A program made the position numbers and the translations under genes. The notes below the pieces were generated by a model. That model did no database searches and was not told the DNA's origin. It saw only the letters and a program-made list of their open reading frames with translations. Shown here piece after piece: positions 16,660 to 25,924 of a DNA stretch of 40,933 nucleotides. This stretch comes from a virus, in IMG/VR virus record IMGVR_UViG_3300017963_000129; one strand, written 5' to 3'. How positions within the stretch are numbered: position 1 is the first letter of the stretch; each line of letters begins with the position of its first letter.

Positions 16660-18497
16660 TAGAACCTCGTACTTTCAATAATATCCGCCAATTGCATCTT
16701 CCGATAGGCATCGATCGTCGGCACATTCAGCGGATCCTGCGCCGCCAGATCGCAAACCGCCGCCAGATCATAATCCACCGTCTCCGCCAAAATCCGCCGC
16801 GTCTTACTTGGCACCTGGTCAATTGATTGTAAATCCCCCCGTGCCTTCCTGTACGGCTCTTTTCGCCCTATCTCCCTCACCACCCGCCGCCGCTCCCCAA
16901 ACGTCGCGTGCTGGATATCCTCTGCCGTAAAGCCTACCCGTTGCAACAGCTCCCCATACGCCTCACTCAGCTCATCCTGCGCCCTGTCCCACATCTGGCC
17001 CCGGATCCGCGCTGCCTCCCGTACACTGAATTGCCCCCGCTGCACTTGTACCACCTTCCCCCCCACGTCCGCGTACCCGTCAAATTTCGCCCCCCTCATC
17101 TCCTGCACTTTCAAATTAATCCCCTCTTTGCTGTATTTCTTGTACAGCTCATATCCCTCATCCCGCAGATTATTCGCCATATATTCCCATTCAACCCGGC
17201 TCAAATCGTTCGGCATCTTCTGCAAATAAGTCCACACTGCCTCATTCAAATCTCGCTCTTCCTTGTGCATCTCCTGCAGCGTATCCAGATATCCCTTCAG
17301 CCCTTCCGCCTCGCCCGCGTTCCCGCTAGCCAGTGCCGCCTGATAGGCTTGCTGCACTTGCTGAATCTCCTCCCCCGACTCAAGCTCAAAATCACTTCGT
17401 GGCCGTGGTGGTGGACCCGATGGTACGCCGCTCCTGCCCTTCCCATTCCCCCCCAACAAATCCTTCAGACTATTCTCCCGCAACAGCTCCCCATACACAT
17501 CATCCTCATAACTCTTCGTCAAATCCCCAAACTCAAACTTCCCCTCTTTCCACGCCTGGTACATCCCCGGCCCCATCATCTCCCGCTGCACGCTCTCCGC
17601 TTGCCTGTTAAACCAATCCTCACCCCGCTCGATCTCTGATGTAATCTCATCAATCGGAATTCCCAAATCCCGATAGCTAATCGTTTTCGGCAATGGCGCG
17701 CACCGCCCGTTATGATGATCCCGCATCGTCTCCGTCGCTGGATGTTCGCTCCCGTGCAGATTCACACAACTCATACACGTCCTACCGTCCAGCGCGCTGT
17801 GCCAGATCCACATAGGCACAATATTCGGGTTTGCCAAATACGTCGACTGATTAGCCAATTGATACGACTTGATCTGCGCCGTCCTCACCGTCGTTAGCGC
17901 CGAGCTCAACCCCGGCCCCATCCCCTCCCGCAAATTGCCCATCATTTTGCGCGCAATCTCCCGCGGATTCAGACCCGCCGCCACCCCCGTCAGCAAATGT
18001 CGCTTCACGCTCTCCGCAACAAATTCCCCATACGCCTCCTGCAGCCGCGTCGCCAGTGGACTCTCCGCCCCCAGCAAACCTGCCACGCTCTCCACCGCGT
18101 CCGAATGCAACCGCGTAAACGAGCTTACGATCCGCCGCCGCCCACCCTCGCCGATCTCTGGCAAACTCGCCTCCATCAACCGCAGCGCATCATCCACCCC
18201 CTGCTCAATCGCCTCCCCCTGGATCGTCGCCACTTCGCCCTGCACAATCACTCCAAACTTCTCCGCCTCTTCCGCCACCTGCGCTAATATCGCCCGTCCC
18301 CGCGCCAATTCCCACGCCTGCCCGATCTTGATCTCCTCCATCCCCGCCAGACGCTCCACCAGCGCCCCTATATCCCCTTCCATGTCGACATAAATCCTGG
18401 CATAAATCCGGCCCATCCGCGCCGCCGCCTCCGCCTCCCGCGCCGCAAGCTTCTCCCGGAACTTCCGCGCCGCCTCAATCGCCCCTGGCCGCGGCAT
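16659..18497 (-). CDS. Head morphogenesis protein (SPP1 gp7 / Mu F family) with long C-terminal extension
   Basis: MWIWHSALDGRTCMSCVNLHGSEHP is the gp7/Mu F signature. Lies downstream of the portal. Confidence 0.8.
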   Translation of the reverse strand: MPRPGAIEAARKFREKLAAREAEAAARMGRIYARIYVDMEGDIGALVERLAGMEEIKIGQAWELARGRAILAQVAEEAEKFGVIVQGEVATIQGEAIEQGVDDALRLMEASLPEIGEGGRRRIVSSFTRLHSDAVESVAGLLGAESPLATRLQEAYGEFVAESVKRHLLTGVAAGLNPREIARKMMGNLREGMGPGLSSALTTVRTAQIKSYQLANQSTYLANPNIVPMWIWHSALDGRTCMSCVNLHGSEHPATETMRDHHNGRCAPLPKTISYRDLGIPIDEITSEIERGEDWFNRQAESVQREMMGPGMYQAWKEGKFEFGDLTKSYEDDVYGELLRENSLKDLLGGNGKGRSGVPSGPPPRPRSDFELESGEEIQQVQQAYQAALASGNAGEAEGLKGYLDTLQEMHKEERDLNEAVWTYLQKMPNDLSRVEWEYMANNLRDEGYELYKKYSKEGINLKVQEMRGAKFDGYADVGGKVVQVQRGQFSVREAARIRGQMWDRAQDELSEAYGELLQRVGFTAEDIQHATFGERRRVVREIGRKEPYRKARGDLQSIDQVPSKTRRILAETVDYDLAAVCDLAAQDPLNVPTIDAYRKMQLADIIESTRF

Positions 18498-18839
18498 CTA
18501 TCGCGTACGGGCAACCCCCCGTGGTTGCCCTCCTTCTTCCCTAATCACCATCCCGTACAGCACCCCGTCCCCCCGCTCATACAAACCCTCGATCACCCGC
18601 AACCTCTTAAAACCCTGCGCCTCATAAAACAACTGCGCCCCTACATTCGATAATTCCGTAAACAGATACACATACCGCACCCGAGCGCTTCGCATCGCAT
18701 TCAGCGCCTTCAACACCAACCCCGTCCCCACACCCTGCCTGCGATGCTCGCTTTTCACCACGACATTCGTGATCTCCGCCGTCCCGTGCCCCCGCAGCTC
18801 CCAATCCAAAAACCCCTGATCCGTCCCCACGCCATTCAC
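18498..18839 (-). CDS. Minimal GNAT-family N-acetyltransferase
   Basis: VVKSEHRRQGVGTGLVLKAL (acetyl-CoA motif A, R/Q-x-x-G-x-G/A) and LFYEAQGFKR. Only 113 aa, so the N-terminal part of a canonical GNAT is absent. Confidence 0.65.
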   Translation of the reverse strand: MNGVGTDQGFLDWELRGHGTAEITNVVVKSEHRRQGVGTGLVLKALNAMRSARVRYVYLFTELSNVGAQLFYEAQGFKRLRVIEGLYERGDGVLYGMVIREEGGQPRGVARTR

Positions 18840-18842
18840 AAA

Positions 18843-19592
18843 TCAAACCGCCCGAGGCTCCCACGCAATCCAATGTGTCACCTTCCCATCCTCCATCAGC
18901 ACCAATCCCGCATCCCCCAATGATGGCATCCCTGGCCTAAATGAAATATGATCTGTGATCCGTCCCGTTTTATCCACATTCGCCAGATACTTCGTCCCTT
19001 CAGGTATCGGTACAGGAAGATCTCCGCCTTTGCGCATCACCTGAAAAATCGGATTAGGTACAATATGCTCATCCCACCAACCCAGCCGCCCCACTGCGTC
19101 GCTGCCCATCCTCCGAATTTCCGGGGCCCAATCCTTCGGATCCGACGTTGCCCATACCATAAACGGTCCGCCCTCTGGCCCAATGTGGCTTTCCTGCCCA
19201 AACCCCCAGCCCACACTTCCACGTCCCGCCGTCCGCCCAATCTCTCCCGTCTCCGCATATCGTGGATCAAAGTCTGGATGCAGCTCCGATGCATCTGGCC
19301 ACGACAATATCAACCAAATATCGTGACCCTCGCCCGTCAACATCACCCCATCTTGCCCCCACACCTGCGGTTGTAACACGGCTGGACCTGCTTTTAGCTC
19401 AAACCCCGCCAGCCCCCACCACAACTGCCCCGCCTGCGCCCGCTCATATCCGTGCGTAAACAACACCTCAAATTTATAAAATGCCCGCAGCCGCTCGATA
19501 TCCCCCACCCCGAGCCGCTCCAGAACACTCAGCGAATGATGCCCGTTTGGTCTTGTGTCATACACCTTGATCTCATACGGATCCATACTCAT
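18843..19592 (-). CDS. Hypothetical protein
   Basis: 249-aa Trp/Gly-rich ORF between the portal and GNAT genes. No motif recognised. Confidence 0.55.
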   Translation of the reverse strand: MSMDPYEIKVYDTRPNGHHSLSVLERLGVGDIERLRAFYKFEVLFTHGYERAQAGQLWWGLAGFELKAGPAVLQPQVWGQDGVMLTGEGHDIWLILSWPDASELHPDFDPRYAETGEIGRTAGRGSVGWGFGQESHIGPEGGPFMVWATSDPKDWAPEIRRMGSDAVGRLGWWDEHIVPNPIFQVMRKGGDLPVPIPEGTKYLANVDKTGRITDHISFRPGMPSLGDAGLVLMEDGKVTHWIAWEPRAV

Positions 19593-21010
19593 ACACCCCT
19601 ATTAAACCCCCGATTCTGCGTCAGCAGGCCCAATATGCTCGCTCCCACGTCCCCCGTCTGCGTCTCCTCCTCCAGCCGATCCAGCTCCATCTCCTCATCA
19701 TATCCCCGGATCTGCCGGTACGTCCGCTTGCTGATAATCCCCGCCTCCATCTCCCTGAGCAATGTCTCCGCCACCAACCGATCATCCTCCGGAAGCGCGT
19801 CGCTCCACACCGTATCTATCCTCTCACTCCCACTCCGCCCCATCAACTCCAGCGCCTGCCGTATAATCTTCTCAAACCCCTCCCCATAAAGCAATCGCTT
19901 CTTCTCCGTCCGCCTGATCGCGTTCGCAAACAGCACCCGCAATCCAAAATTCGTCAGATCCCCCACCATGTCCTTCACTGAGCTCTGATCGATCATTCCC
20001 CCGCTCTGCCACAGCCCCGCCTGGATCAGCTCCGTCAGCCACCGCACCATCGCCCCGTCGCTCTCCATCTCCAGGTTATAGATCTTTGCGTCCGGATTAG
20101 CCACCGTATAGAACCCACCCACCGCCGTGTGAACCAATTCCTGCGCCGTAAAACCCGTGCCCACCGTCTTCGGATCCGCGTGATGCTTCACGATCCGCTG
20201 CGCGTTGCTCAATATAAAATTCAGCGCGTCATTCAGCCCGATCGCCCCCTGCAAGTCATCCCGTCCATAATACCCGTTGTTATTCGGCAGGTTCTGCCAG
20301 TCTACAATCGGCGCCCATGCGTATGGCCACTCCTGCGCGCTCACAAACGTCCAACGAGGTGAGCTCCCTGGCACATCCCCCACCTCCCGCGCCTGATATA
20401 CCACCTCCGTCCAAACCTCTGCGTCATGATCCCATCCTGAATCCGTCGCAGCCCCGTCCCCTCTCCCTTTGACGTAATCAATTCGCTTTCCACGCCCCCC
20501 TGCCTCATGCTGCAGCCGGTACCATAATACCCGGCTCATATCAAATGCGTCCCAAAATGCCGTAAAGTGCGTCTGCTTAATACGGATCAGCCGAGGATAG
20601 GCACCCTCAACCTGTTCAGGCGATATCCGCACCGCCACGTGCCCCTCCACAGCCCCCCCCAGAACCAAACCTTCCTTCAGGATCTCCCCTCGGCTGGCCT
20701 CCCACAGCGCCTCAATCACCTCATCCGCTTCACTCTCAGCATCGTCGGAACCCGCATCAAACCTGATACCCTGCCCGATCACAAACGCCGTCACCCGGTC
20801 CGCCAGCGCCTCCACGTGATTCACGATCACGTTATCATCGTATCCGTCGCTCTGCACCTTCAGCGGACGATCGTGATCGCCCGCGTAATATCGCCATCCC
20901 CGCTCAATCGCCTTCACCCGCGCATTATGCTCATCCGCAAAAGCCTCCTCAATCGCATCCCCCTCCCGGCTCCGCGTGTCGCTCCTCACATATCCCACTG
21001 CTTCCGGCAT
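19589..21010 (-). CDS. Portal protein
   Basis: 473 aa immediately downstream of terL. Size and order fit an SPP1-type portal. Confidence 0.8.
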   Translation of the reverse strand: MPEAVGYVRSDTRSREGDAIEEAFADEHNARVKAIERGWRYYAGDHDRPLKVQSDGYDDNVIVNHVEALADRVTAFVIGQGIRFDAGSDDAESEADEVIEALWEASRGEILKEGLVLGGAVEGHVAVRISPEQVEGAYPRLIRIKQTHFTAFWDAFDMSRVLWYRLQHEAGGRGKRIDYVKGRGDGAATDSGWDHDAEVWTEVVYQAREVGDVPGSSPRWTFVSAQEWPYAWAPIVDWQNLPNNNGYYGRDDLQGAIGLNDALNFILSNAQRIVKHHADPKTVGTGFTAQELVHTAVGGFYTVANPDAKIYNLEMESDGAMVRWLTELIQAGLWQSGGMIDQSSVKDMVGDLTNFGLRVLFANAIRRTEKKRLLYGEGFEKIIRQALELMGRSGSERIDTVWSDALPEDDRLVAETLLREMEAGIISKRTYRQIRGYDEEMELDRLEEETQTGDVGASILGLLTQNRGFNRGV

Positions 21011-21040
21011 AGTCCTATCCTTCGCTAAGACATTACAACG

Positions 21041-22588
21041 CTAGTCATAAAACGGGTTCTCCCCCTCATACTCCAGCACCCCCGGCCGCCACATCATCGC
21101 CACCGCCCCGCTCACTGCGTCCACCTGATCGTCGTGCGCACCCCGCGGAAACGCCAGCGCCTCGCTCAAAAATCCATCCACCCACTCCCCGCCGCGCACC
21201 AGGTACACCAGGCGATCCGGGATCCTGCTCGCCCAGACGTTCGCTCGCACTTCCTTATTCCCGTACCGCGTCGGGTTAACCCCCTGGATCACCCGCCCCT
21301 GCAGCCGCGCATCGCGTTGCAATTCCTGAAAATATCCCGCCTGCTGACCCGCCACCTCAATCCCTTGGGTCACCTCTGGCGGATCGTCCTGCATCACCTG
21401 GATCATTCGCCCCTTCGCATCCGCCCACGGACCCGGCATCTTCGCCACGTCCAAAATATACAACCGCCCGTCCCGGCTTCGTCCCACCCGGGCCCCGGCG
21501 ATAAAATCCGCGCCCTCTCTCCCGCTCACTGCCAGATCCCAATACCGGCATTCCTGCATCCTCTCCGGTAAATCTCGTTCCATAATTTGAATAATATCGT
21601 ATGCCTTGATCAGCGCCCCTTCCAACCGCCGCGGTCGTTGCTGGTATAGCGCGTCCCACTCATATCCGCCGATATTCCGTTCAATCGCGCTCAACCGCTC
21701 CAGGCCGTACTTCCCCGGCCACAACGCCTCCCCCGGCTGCCGCACCAGCGCATCCACGCCTTGCCACCATCCATCCTCCAGCGCCCTGATAACATCCTCC
21801 GCCTCAACCTCATCCGCCCAATCCTCCGCCACCGCAGGCAGACACAACACCTCCCACCTGTCAACCTGCCCGCCTGTTTGCTGATTTGTCTCTACCATCC
21901 GTCGCAAAAGCCGCCCCGCCAAATCATCGCTGTGCCACCGCTGGTGCATCAACACCACCGCCCCCCCCTTCTCCAAGCGTGTGTACAGCGTCGATCTATA
22001 CCAATCGTCCACCCCATCTCGCACGCTCTCGCTCTCCGCGTCCTTCCGATCCCGAAACGGATCGTCAATCACCGCCAGATGCGCCCCCCGGCCGATAATC
22101 GCGCCGCCGACACCGGCAGCAACCAATCCGCCCCGTTGCCTGGCCAGCGTCCATGCATTCGCCGCCCGGCTGTCCTCCGCCACCATCACTGCCTTATTCA
22201 CCGGCCGTCCGCTCCTTGCCCCAAAAACATTTTGAAACGGACCATCCATCACGATATTCCGCACCCGTCTCGCGAAACTGACCGCCAAATCCGCTGTGCA
22301 CGACGTCAAAATCACCTGACAATCCGGATTGCGCCCCAGAAACCACGCCGGGAATCGCACGCTCACCAGCTCGCTCTTCCCGTGTCTCGGCGGCATAAAT
22401 ACCATCAACCGCCCGATCCCCTCTCTTCCCCCCGTCGCGATATACCGCTCAACCTGCTCTAGCTTCGCCGCCAATGCCCCATGCACCCGCGCCCGCTCGT
22501 ATTGGCGGAACGTATACCACGCAAAGTCAATCAGCGACCGCCGCGCCAGCTCCCGCCGCGCCAGCTCCCGCTTCGCTATATCCCTCAT
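21041..22588 (-). CDS. terL: Terminase large subunit
   Basis: Walker A FMPPRHGKSE and Walker B LAVIDDPF, plus a C-terminal nuclease-type region. Start set at MRDIAKRELARR. The upstream WRRIWRRW extension in the track overlaps terS and looks non-coding. Confidence 0.9.
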   Translation of the reverse strand: MRDIAKRELARRELARRSLIDFAWYTFRQYERARVHGALAAKLEQVERYIATGGREGIGRLMVFMPPRHGKSELVSVRFPAWFLGRNPDCQVILTSCTADLAVSFARRVRNIVMDGPFQNVFGARSGRPVNKAVMVAEDSRAANAWTLARQRGGLVAAGVGGAIIGRGAHLAVIDDPFRDRKDAESESVRDGVDDWYRSTLYTRLEKGGAVVLMHQRWHSDDLAGRLLRRMVETNQQTGGQVDRWEVLCLPAVAEDWADEVEAEDVIRALEDGWWQGVDALVRQPGEALWPGKYGLERLSAIERNIGGYEWDALYQQRPRRLEGALIKAYDIIQIMERDLPERMQECRYWDLAVSGREGADFIAGARVGRSRDGRLYILDVAKMPGPWADAKGRMIQVMQDDPPEVTQGIEVAGQQAGYFQELQRDARLQGRVIQGVNPTRYGNKEVRANVWASRIPDRLVYLVRGGEWVDGFLSEALAFPRGAHDDQVDAVSGAVAMMWRPGVLEYEGENPFYD

Positions 22589-23153
22589 CCTCCCCCTGCT
22601 CTGGTTCTCCGCCCGGAACCTGTGCCAGCGCCACCAGATCCTCCGTCTCCATCTCCTCCAGATCCTCCGCCACCACCGGCCCCACACTCATAACCTGCTT
22701 CGGCACATAATCCCCCAGCATCTCCAGCGCCAGCTTCCGGTCCGAATGTGCTCGCGGATCCGCCTTGCTCGCCGATTGTATCAGCGCTTCATAGATCTCC
22801 GCCCGCGCCTTCCCCAGCGCGCTCGCCGCCAGCTTCGCAATCCGCGCATCCATGGCTGGGTTTTTATCCCGCCACTCGCGTATCTGCCGGTCCGACGTCA
22901 ACCCCAGCACCTCCCGCGCCAAATCATACTGCGTCCGTGGCACCCGCTGATCCTTCGGCAAACTAGACCACACCATGTAAATCGCCTGTCTCCATGGCCA
23001 GCCCTCCCCGATCAGCGCCCAATAATCATCCATCCACGGGCTCACCTCATCCGCCGCCTCAAAAATCGCCCGCGCTCGGTCGCTTCTCATCTGTGCTTCA
23101 TCCCGAGGATTCAACGCGCCCTCCATCCCCGGTAAACTCTGAATCTCATGCAT
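22527..23153 (-). CDS. terS: Terminase small subunit
   Basis: 208 aa directly upstream of terL, with an HTH-like segment (QYDLAREVLGLTSDRQIREW) and an acidic tail. Confidence 0.65.
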   Translation of the reverse strand: MHEIQSLPGMEGALNPRDEAQMRSDRARAIFEAADEVSPWMDDYWALIGEGWPWRQAIYMVWSSLPKDQRVPRTQYDLAREVLGLTSDRQIREWRDKNPAMDARIAKLAASALGKARAEIYEALIQSASKADPRAHSDRKLALEMLGDYVPKQVMSVGPVVAEDLEEMETEDLVALAQVPGGEPEQGEDEGYSEAGAGAAGAGAAVAD

Positions 23154-23176
23154 ACGCTTACCTGTCTCGCATCCTT

Positions 23177-23260
23177 AGATCTGAAGTGGAGCTAAGTTGG
23201 GGGAATTCCTCACCTAGAGGGGTCCGGCTCGGAATGGGATCTCAACTCCACCCCAGATCT
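23177..23260. promoter_or_regulatory. Large imperfect inverted repeat upstream of terS
   Basis: agatctgaagtggag (23177-23191) pairs with ctccaccccagatct (23246-23260), 13 of 15 positions, with a 54-nt spacer. Confidence 0.4.
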
Positions 23261-23278
23261 AAAAACGCGAGAAACCCC

Positions 23279-23635
23279 CTACCACCTTGCCTCAATCGCC
23301 TCAACAAACTTCACCAGGTCGCCCTCCTCGCTCTCTGCCACCGCCTCCGCCAGCACCTCCGGCTCGATCACCCGAATAAACTCTTTGGCCAGCGCCGTGT
23401 CCACGCTCATCATTAACCGCCAGCATTCCGGCTGCGCCAGTTGCCTCGCATCCGCCACCCTATCCATCAGCCGTGACAAATCATTCCCCACCACCATCAA
23501 CCGCTTGCCGATATCCATACGCACGCTGCCCACGACGTCCCTGATCTCCAGGACCGCCCGCTCGATCTCCTCCTGTATGTATTCTAATCGGCATTCTACC
23601 CCGTTCATCCTAGGCATTTTCGGATCCCGCGTCAT
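23279..23635 (-). CDS. Hypothetical protein
   Basis: 118-aa helical ORF. No motif recognised. Confidence 0.5.
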   Translation of the reverse strand: MTRDPKMPRMNGVECRLEYIQEEIERAVLEIRDVVGSVRMDIGKRLMVVGNDLSRLMDRVADARQLAQPECWRLMMSVDTALAKEFIRVIEPEVLAEAVAESEEGDLVKFVEAIEARW

Positions 23636-24038
23636 CCGAATTTCGCTCCTTTAGATACCCCAACAGCTCGATATTTTTGTCACACATCTTCGTAATCGTG
23701 ATATTCAGCACCGACACCAGCGCGTTTGTCCGCTGCACCTCCTGCACCACTTGCCGCATCCGCGTTTCTAATTCCTCCTGCGCGTGCCAGCTCTGTTTTA
23801 GTGACTCTTCCAGTAGCGTCAGTAATTTGGTGTCAATCAGCACATCATGCGCCTGCTCCGCTGCGTGTGAGTTTAGCTCGTGATGGACCTTTGCCTGTCG
23901 CACCTCCACCCATTGCCCCAATGAAGGCACAAATACGCCCAGCTCTTTAACCGTCGCAGGCAACAGTCGGAGCGCAATCACCACCGCGATCACCCAAACC
24001 GGCAGTGAATTCAGCTCCACCCCATTTAGCACATCCAT
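23610..24038 (-). CDS. Membrane-anchored coiled-coil protein (lysis-associated?)
   Basis: One N-terminal TM segment (LPVWVIAVVIALRLL) followed by a long helical region. Lies next to the holin-like gene. Confidence 0.5.
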   Translation of the reverse strand: MDVLNGVELNSLPVWVIAVVIALRLLPATVKELGVFVPSLGQWVEVRQAKVHHELNSHAAEQAHDVLIDTKLLTLLEESLKQSWHAQEELETRMRQVVQEVQRTNALVSVLNITITKMCDKNIELLGYLKERNSDDAGSENA

Positions 24039-24044
24039 ACATTG

Positions 24045-24353
24045 TTAATGAAACAAACGCACCGCATTTTTAGCCACCTCATACCCCGAGGTCGCCACCA
24101 CCGCGCCTCCCAGCCCGGTCAAAAACGCCTGCAGCACGCCATAATGATTCAGCCCCATCCACACCGCCGCCGCCACCATTGCCAGCGCGATCGCCAGCAC
24201 CAGCGCCGTCCCGTTGATGATCAGCCCCCGCCACTTCTCCGGAGATTCAAGGCCCTCCAACAACGGCTTTAGCACCAACTGCATCAGGATCAGCGTCACC
24301 GCCCCCACGCCGCCTACCGTCAGCAAATCCGCCACGCTATACTCCACCTGCAT
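24045..24353 (-). CDS. Holin-like small membrane protein
   Basis: 102 aa with three predicted TM helices and a charged C-terminus. First gene after a terminator and upstream of the packaging genes. Confidence 0.5.
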   Translation of the reverse strand: MQVEYSVADLLTVGGVGAVTLILMQLVLKPLLEGLESPEKWRGLIINGTALVLAIALAMVAAAVWMGLNHYGVLQAFLTGLGGAVVATSGYEVAKNAVRLFH

Positions 24354-24375
24354 CGTTATCCTCCCTCGTTATCAT

Positions 24376-24412
24376 AAAAAAAGAGGGACACCACACCCCG
24401 TGTGTGCCCCTC
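24376..24412 (-). terminator. Rho-independent terminator (minus strand)
   Basis: The minus strand reads GAGGGGCACACACGGGGTGTGGTGTCCCTC followed by TTTTTTT. It is an imperfect hairpin of about 12 bp. Confidence 0.55.
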
Positions 24413-24489
24413 CTTATAACCAAACCTTCTTAACGTACCGCGTCGACGCCCCCGCGTCCTCACCAGTTAACCAAATTTATAGTAAAATG

Positions 24490-24972
24490 TCAATCCCTCC
24501 CGATTTTTTGATCGCGCTCCCCCCTCCCATTCGCCCCCCCCACCGATTCGCGACTCCCAACCTCCCCAGACTGCCCACTCTGCCCAGGCGGCCCAGGCGC
24601 ATACCAGCGCTTAATCTGCCTCACCACCGTCTTCGGCGGGAACATCAACCGCCCTGAGCTCCTCCCCTTCCGATCCTGCACCGCCCCGATCTCCCCCAGA
24701 AGCGCCACCAATGCGTCATACCGCCCCCTGCTCCCATAAAACGGCGCCCGCTCCAGCCAATACCCCCGCGAAAATGGCCGCTCTCCCTCCCTCTGCCGCC
24801 GCCATGCCCCCTTCACAAACACCGCCACCTGTCCCTCACTAAACTCATACCCTCGCACCCAAATTGTCACACACCGCGGACAAACCAGCTCCGGCCAGTG
24901 TGTGCCCACCAGATCATCCGCGTGCTCCTCACAAATCCCCCGCGCCTCCTCCCAACTCATCCCCTCAATCAT
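24490..24972 (-). CDS. Hypothetical protein
   Basis: 160-aa ORF. Contains CPRC. No family recognised. Confidence 0.55.
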   Translation of the reverse strand: MIEGMSWEEARGICEEHADDLVGTHWPELVCPRCVTIWVRGYEFSEGQVAVFVKGAWRRQREGERPFSRGYWLERAPFYGSRGRYDALVALLGEIGAVQDRKGRSSGRLMFPPKTVVRQIKRWYAPGPPGQSGQSGEVGSRESVGGANGRGERDQKIGRD

Positions 24973-25029
24973 CTCCCCCCCTAATTCATCCTGTTGATCC
25001 TGTCCATCCTTGTTAAATATTGCCCTACA

Positions 25030-25443
25030 CTAAAGCAATTGAACCCACACCGTCCCATTATCCCCCGGCCGCCGCCTCGCTGGTATCACCTGGAACCCCC
25101 CCGGCAACCCCGCCAGCTCCGTCCAATCCGCTGGCGCCCACCCCTCCGCCTCCAATCGTTCCACCGCCGCCAGCGTATCCGGATCCCCGACCTCCCTATG
25201 GTGCCCGCTCGCCACCTCACCCCGCGCCTGCCGCTCCAGCTTCCTCTGCGCTGCCCATTGCCGCCGCGACGCCCGGCATTTGTTACATTGCCTGTATTCC
25301 TTCTCCCCATCCTGGAATTCATCCGCCCGCAGCGTCCGCTTGCATCCCTTGCAATACCGCCAGAACTTCCCCCCCTCAGAGCACCCTAATTCGCCCCCTG
25401 CGCTCTTCACCCTTCCATTCGTCCCATTGTCCTCATTCGCCAT
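25030..25443 (-). CDS. Zinc-ribbon protein
   Basis: CKGC...CNKC pair. Start set at MANEDNG, because the upstream part of the track ORF is a translated 24-bp tandem repeat. Confidence 0.5.
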   Translation of the reverse strand: MANEDNGTNGRVKSAGGELGCSEGGKFWRYCKGCKRTLRADEFQDGEKEYRQCNKCRASRRQWAAQRKLERQARGEVASGHHREVGDPDTLAAVERLEAEGWAPADWTELAGLPGGFQVIPARRRPGDNGTVWVQLL

Positions 25444-25489
25444 TTTAGCGCCTCCTGACCCCTCTCTCGCAATCCATACGCTGGCCCCT

Positions 25490-25560
25490 ACGCCAGCATA
25501 ACCGCCAGCCCACACGCCAGCATAACCGCCAGCCCGCACGCCAGCATAACCGCCAGCGTC
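25490..25560. repeat. 3 x 24-bp tandem repeat, equal to six CGCCAGC heptamers at an exact 12-bp phase (candidate centromere)
   Basis: Heptamer starts are at 25491, 25503, 25515, 25527, 25539 and 25551. The array lies immediately downstream of the RHH gene stop. Confidence 0.85.
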
Positions 25561-25924
25561 AATCGTGGTTTTCCTCGTTATACGCGTCAATAAACGGAGT
25601 CTCCAACACAAAATCAAACCTCAAATGCCTCACCGCTCGATAATACCCCTCAAAATCGATCTCCCCTCGCTCGTATGCCTCCAGTGCCCTCACCAGCAAA
25701 AAACACACCACCGAAGAGATCGAGCACCGCTCCTCCGCCGCCAGATCCGCCACCCGTCCCTGCAGCCAATCGGGGATATCGTACGTTGCCTTGCTCCGCT
25801 CCTCATCCCGCCGTGCCTTCCGTCGTTCTCCCGGACTCTTTGTTCTCAATCGCGAACGTCGCTCCCCATCCCCCAAAATCGAGAGCACAGCCGGATCCAC
25901 CCCCGCCTCACGTCGCTCACTCAT
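25559..25924 (-). CDS. Ribbon-helix-helix protein (ParG/CopG-like centromere-binding candidate)
   Basis: SKATYDIPDWLQGRVADLAAEERCSISSVVCFLLVRALEAYERGE has an RHH layout. The ATG at 25924 overlaps the ParA stop (ATGA). The longer track ORF is an out-of-context extension. Confidence 0.6.
   Translation of the reverse strand: MSERREAGVDPAVLSILGDGERRSRLRTKSPGERRKARRDEERSKATYDIPDWLQGRVADLAAEERCSISSVVCFLLVRALEAYERGEIDFEGYYRAVRHLRFDFVLETPFIDAYNEENHD

Noticed and set aside
22589-22687. WRRIWRRWRRR N-terminal extension of the terminase large subunit.
   Set aside because: It lies entirely within terS in another frame and has aberrant composition. The conserved TerL N-terminus begins near MRDIAKRELARR.
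25444-25617. N-terminal GGYAGV-repeat extension of ORF 25030..25617.
   Set aside because: It is encoded by the 24-bp tandem array downstream of the RHH gene. MANEDNG at 25443 is a more plausible start.
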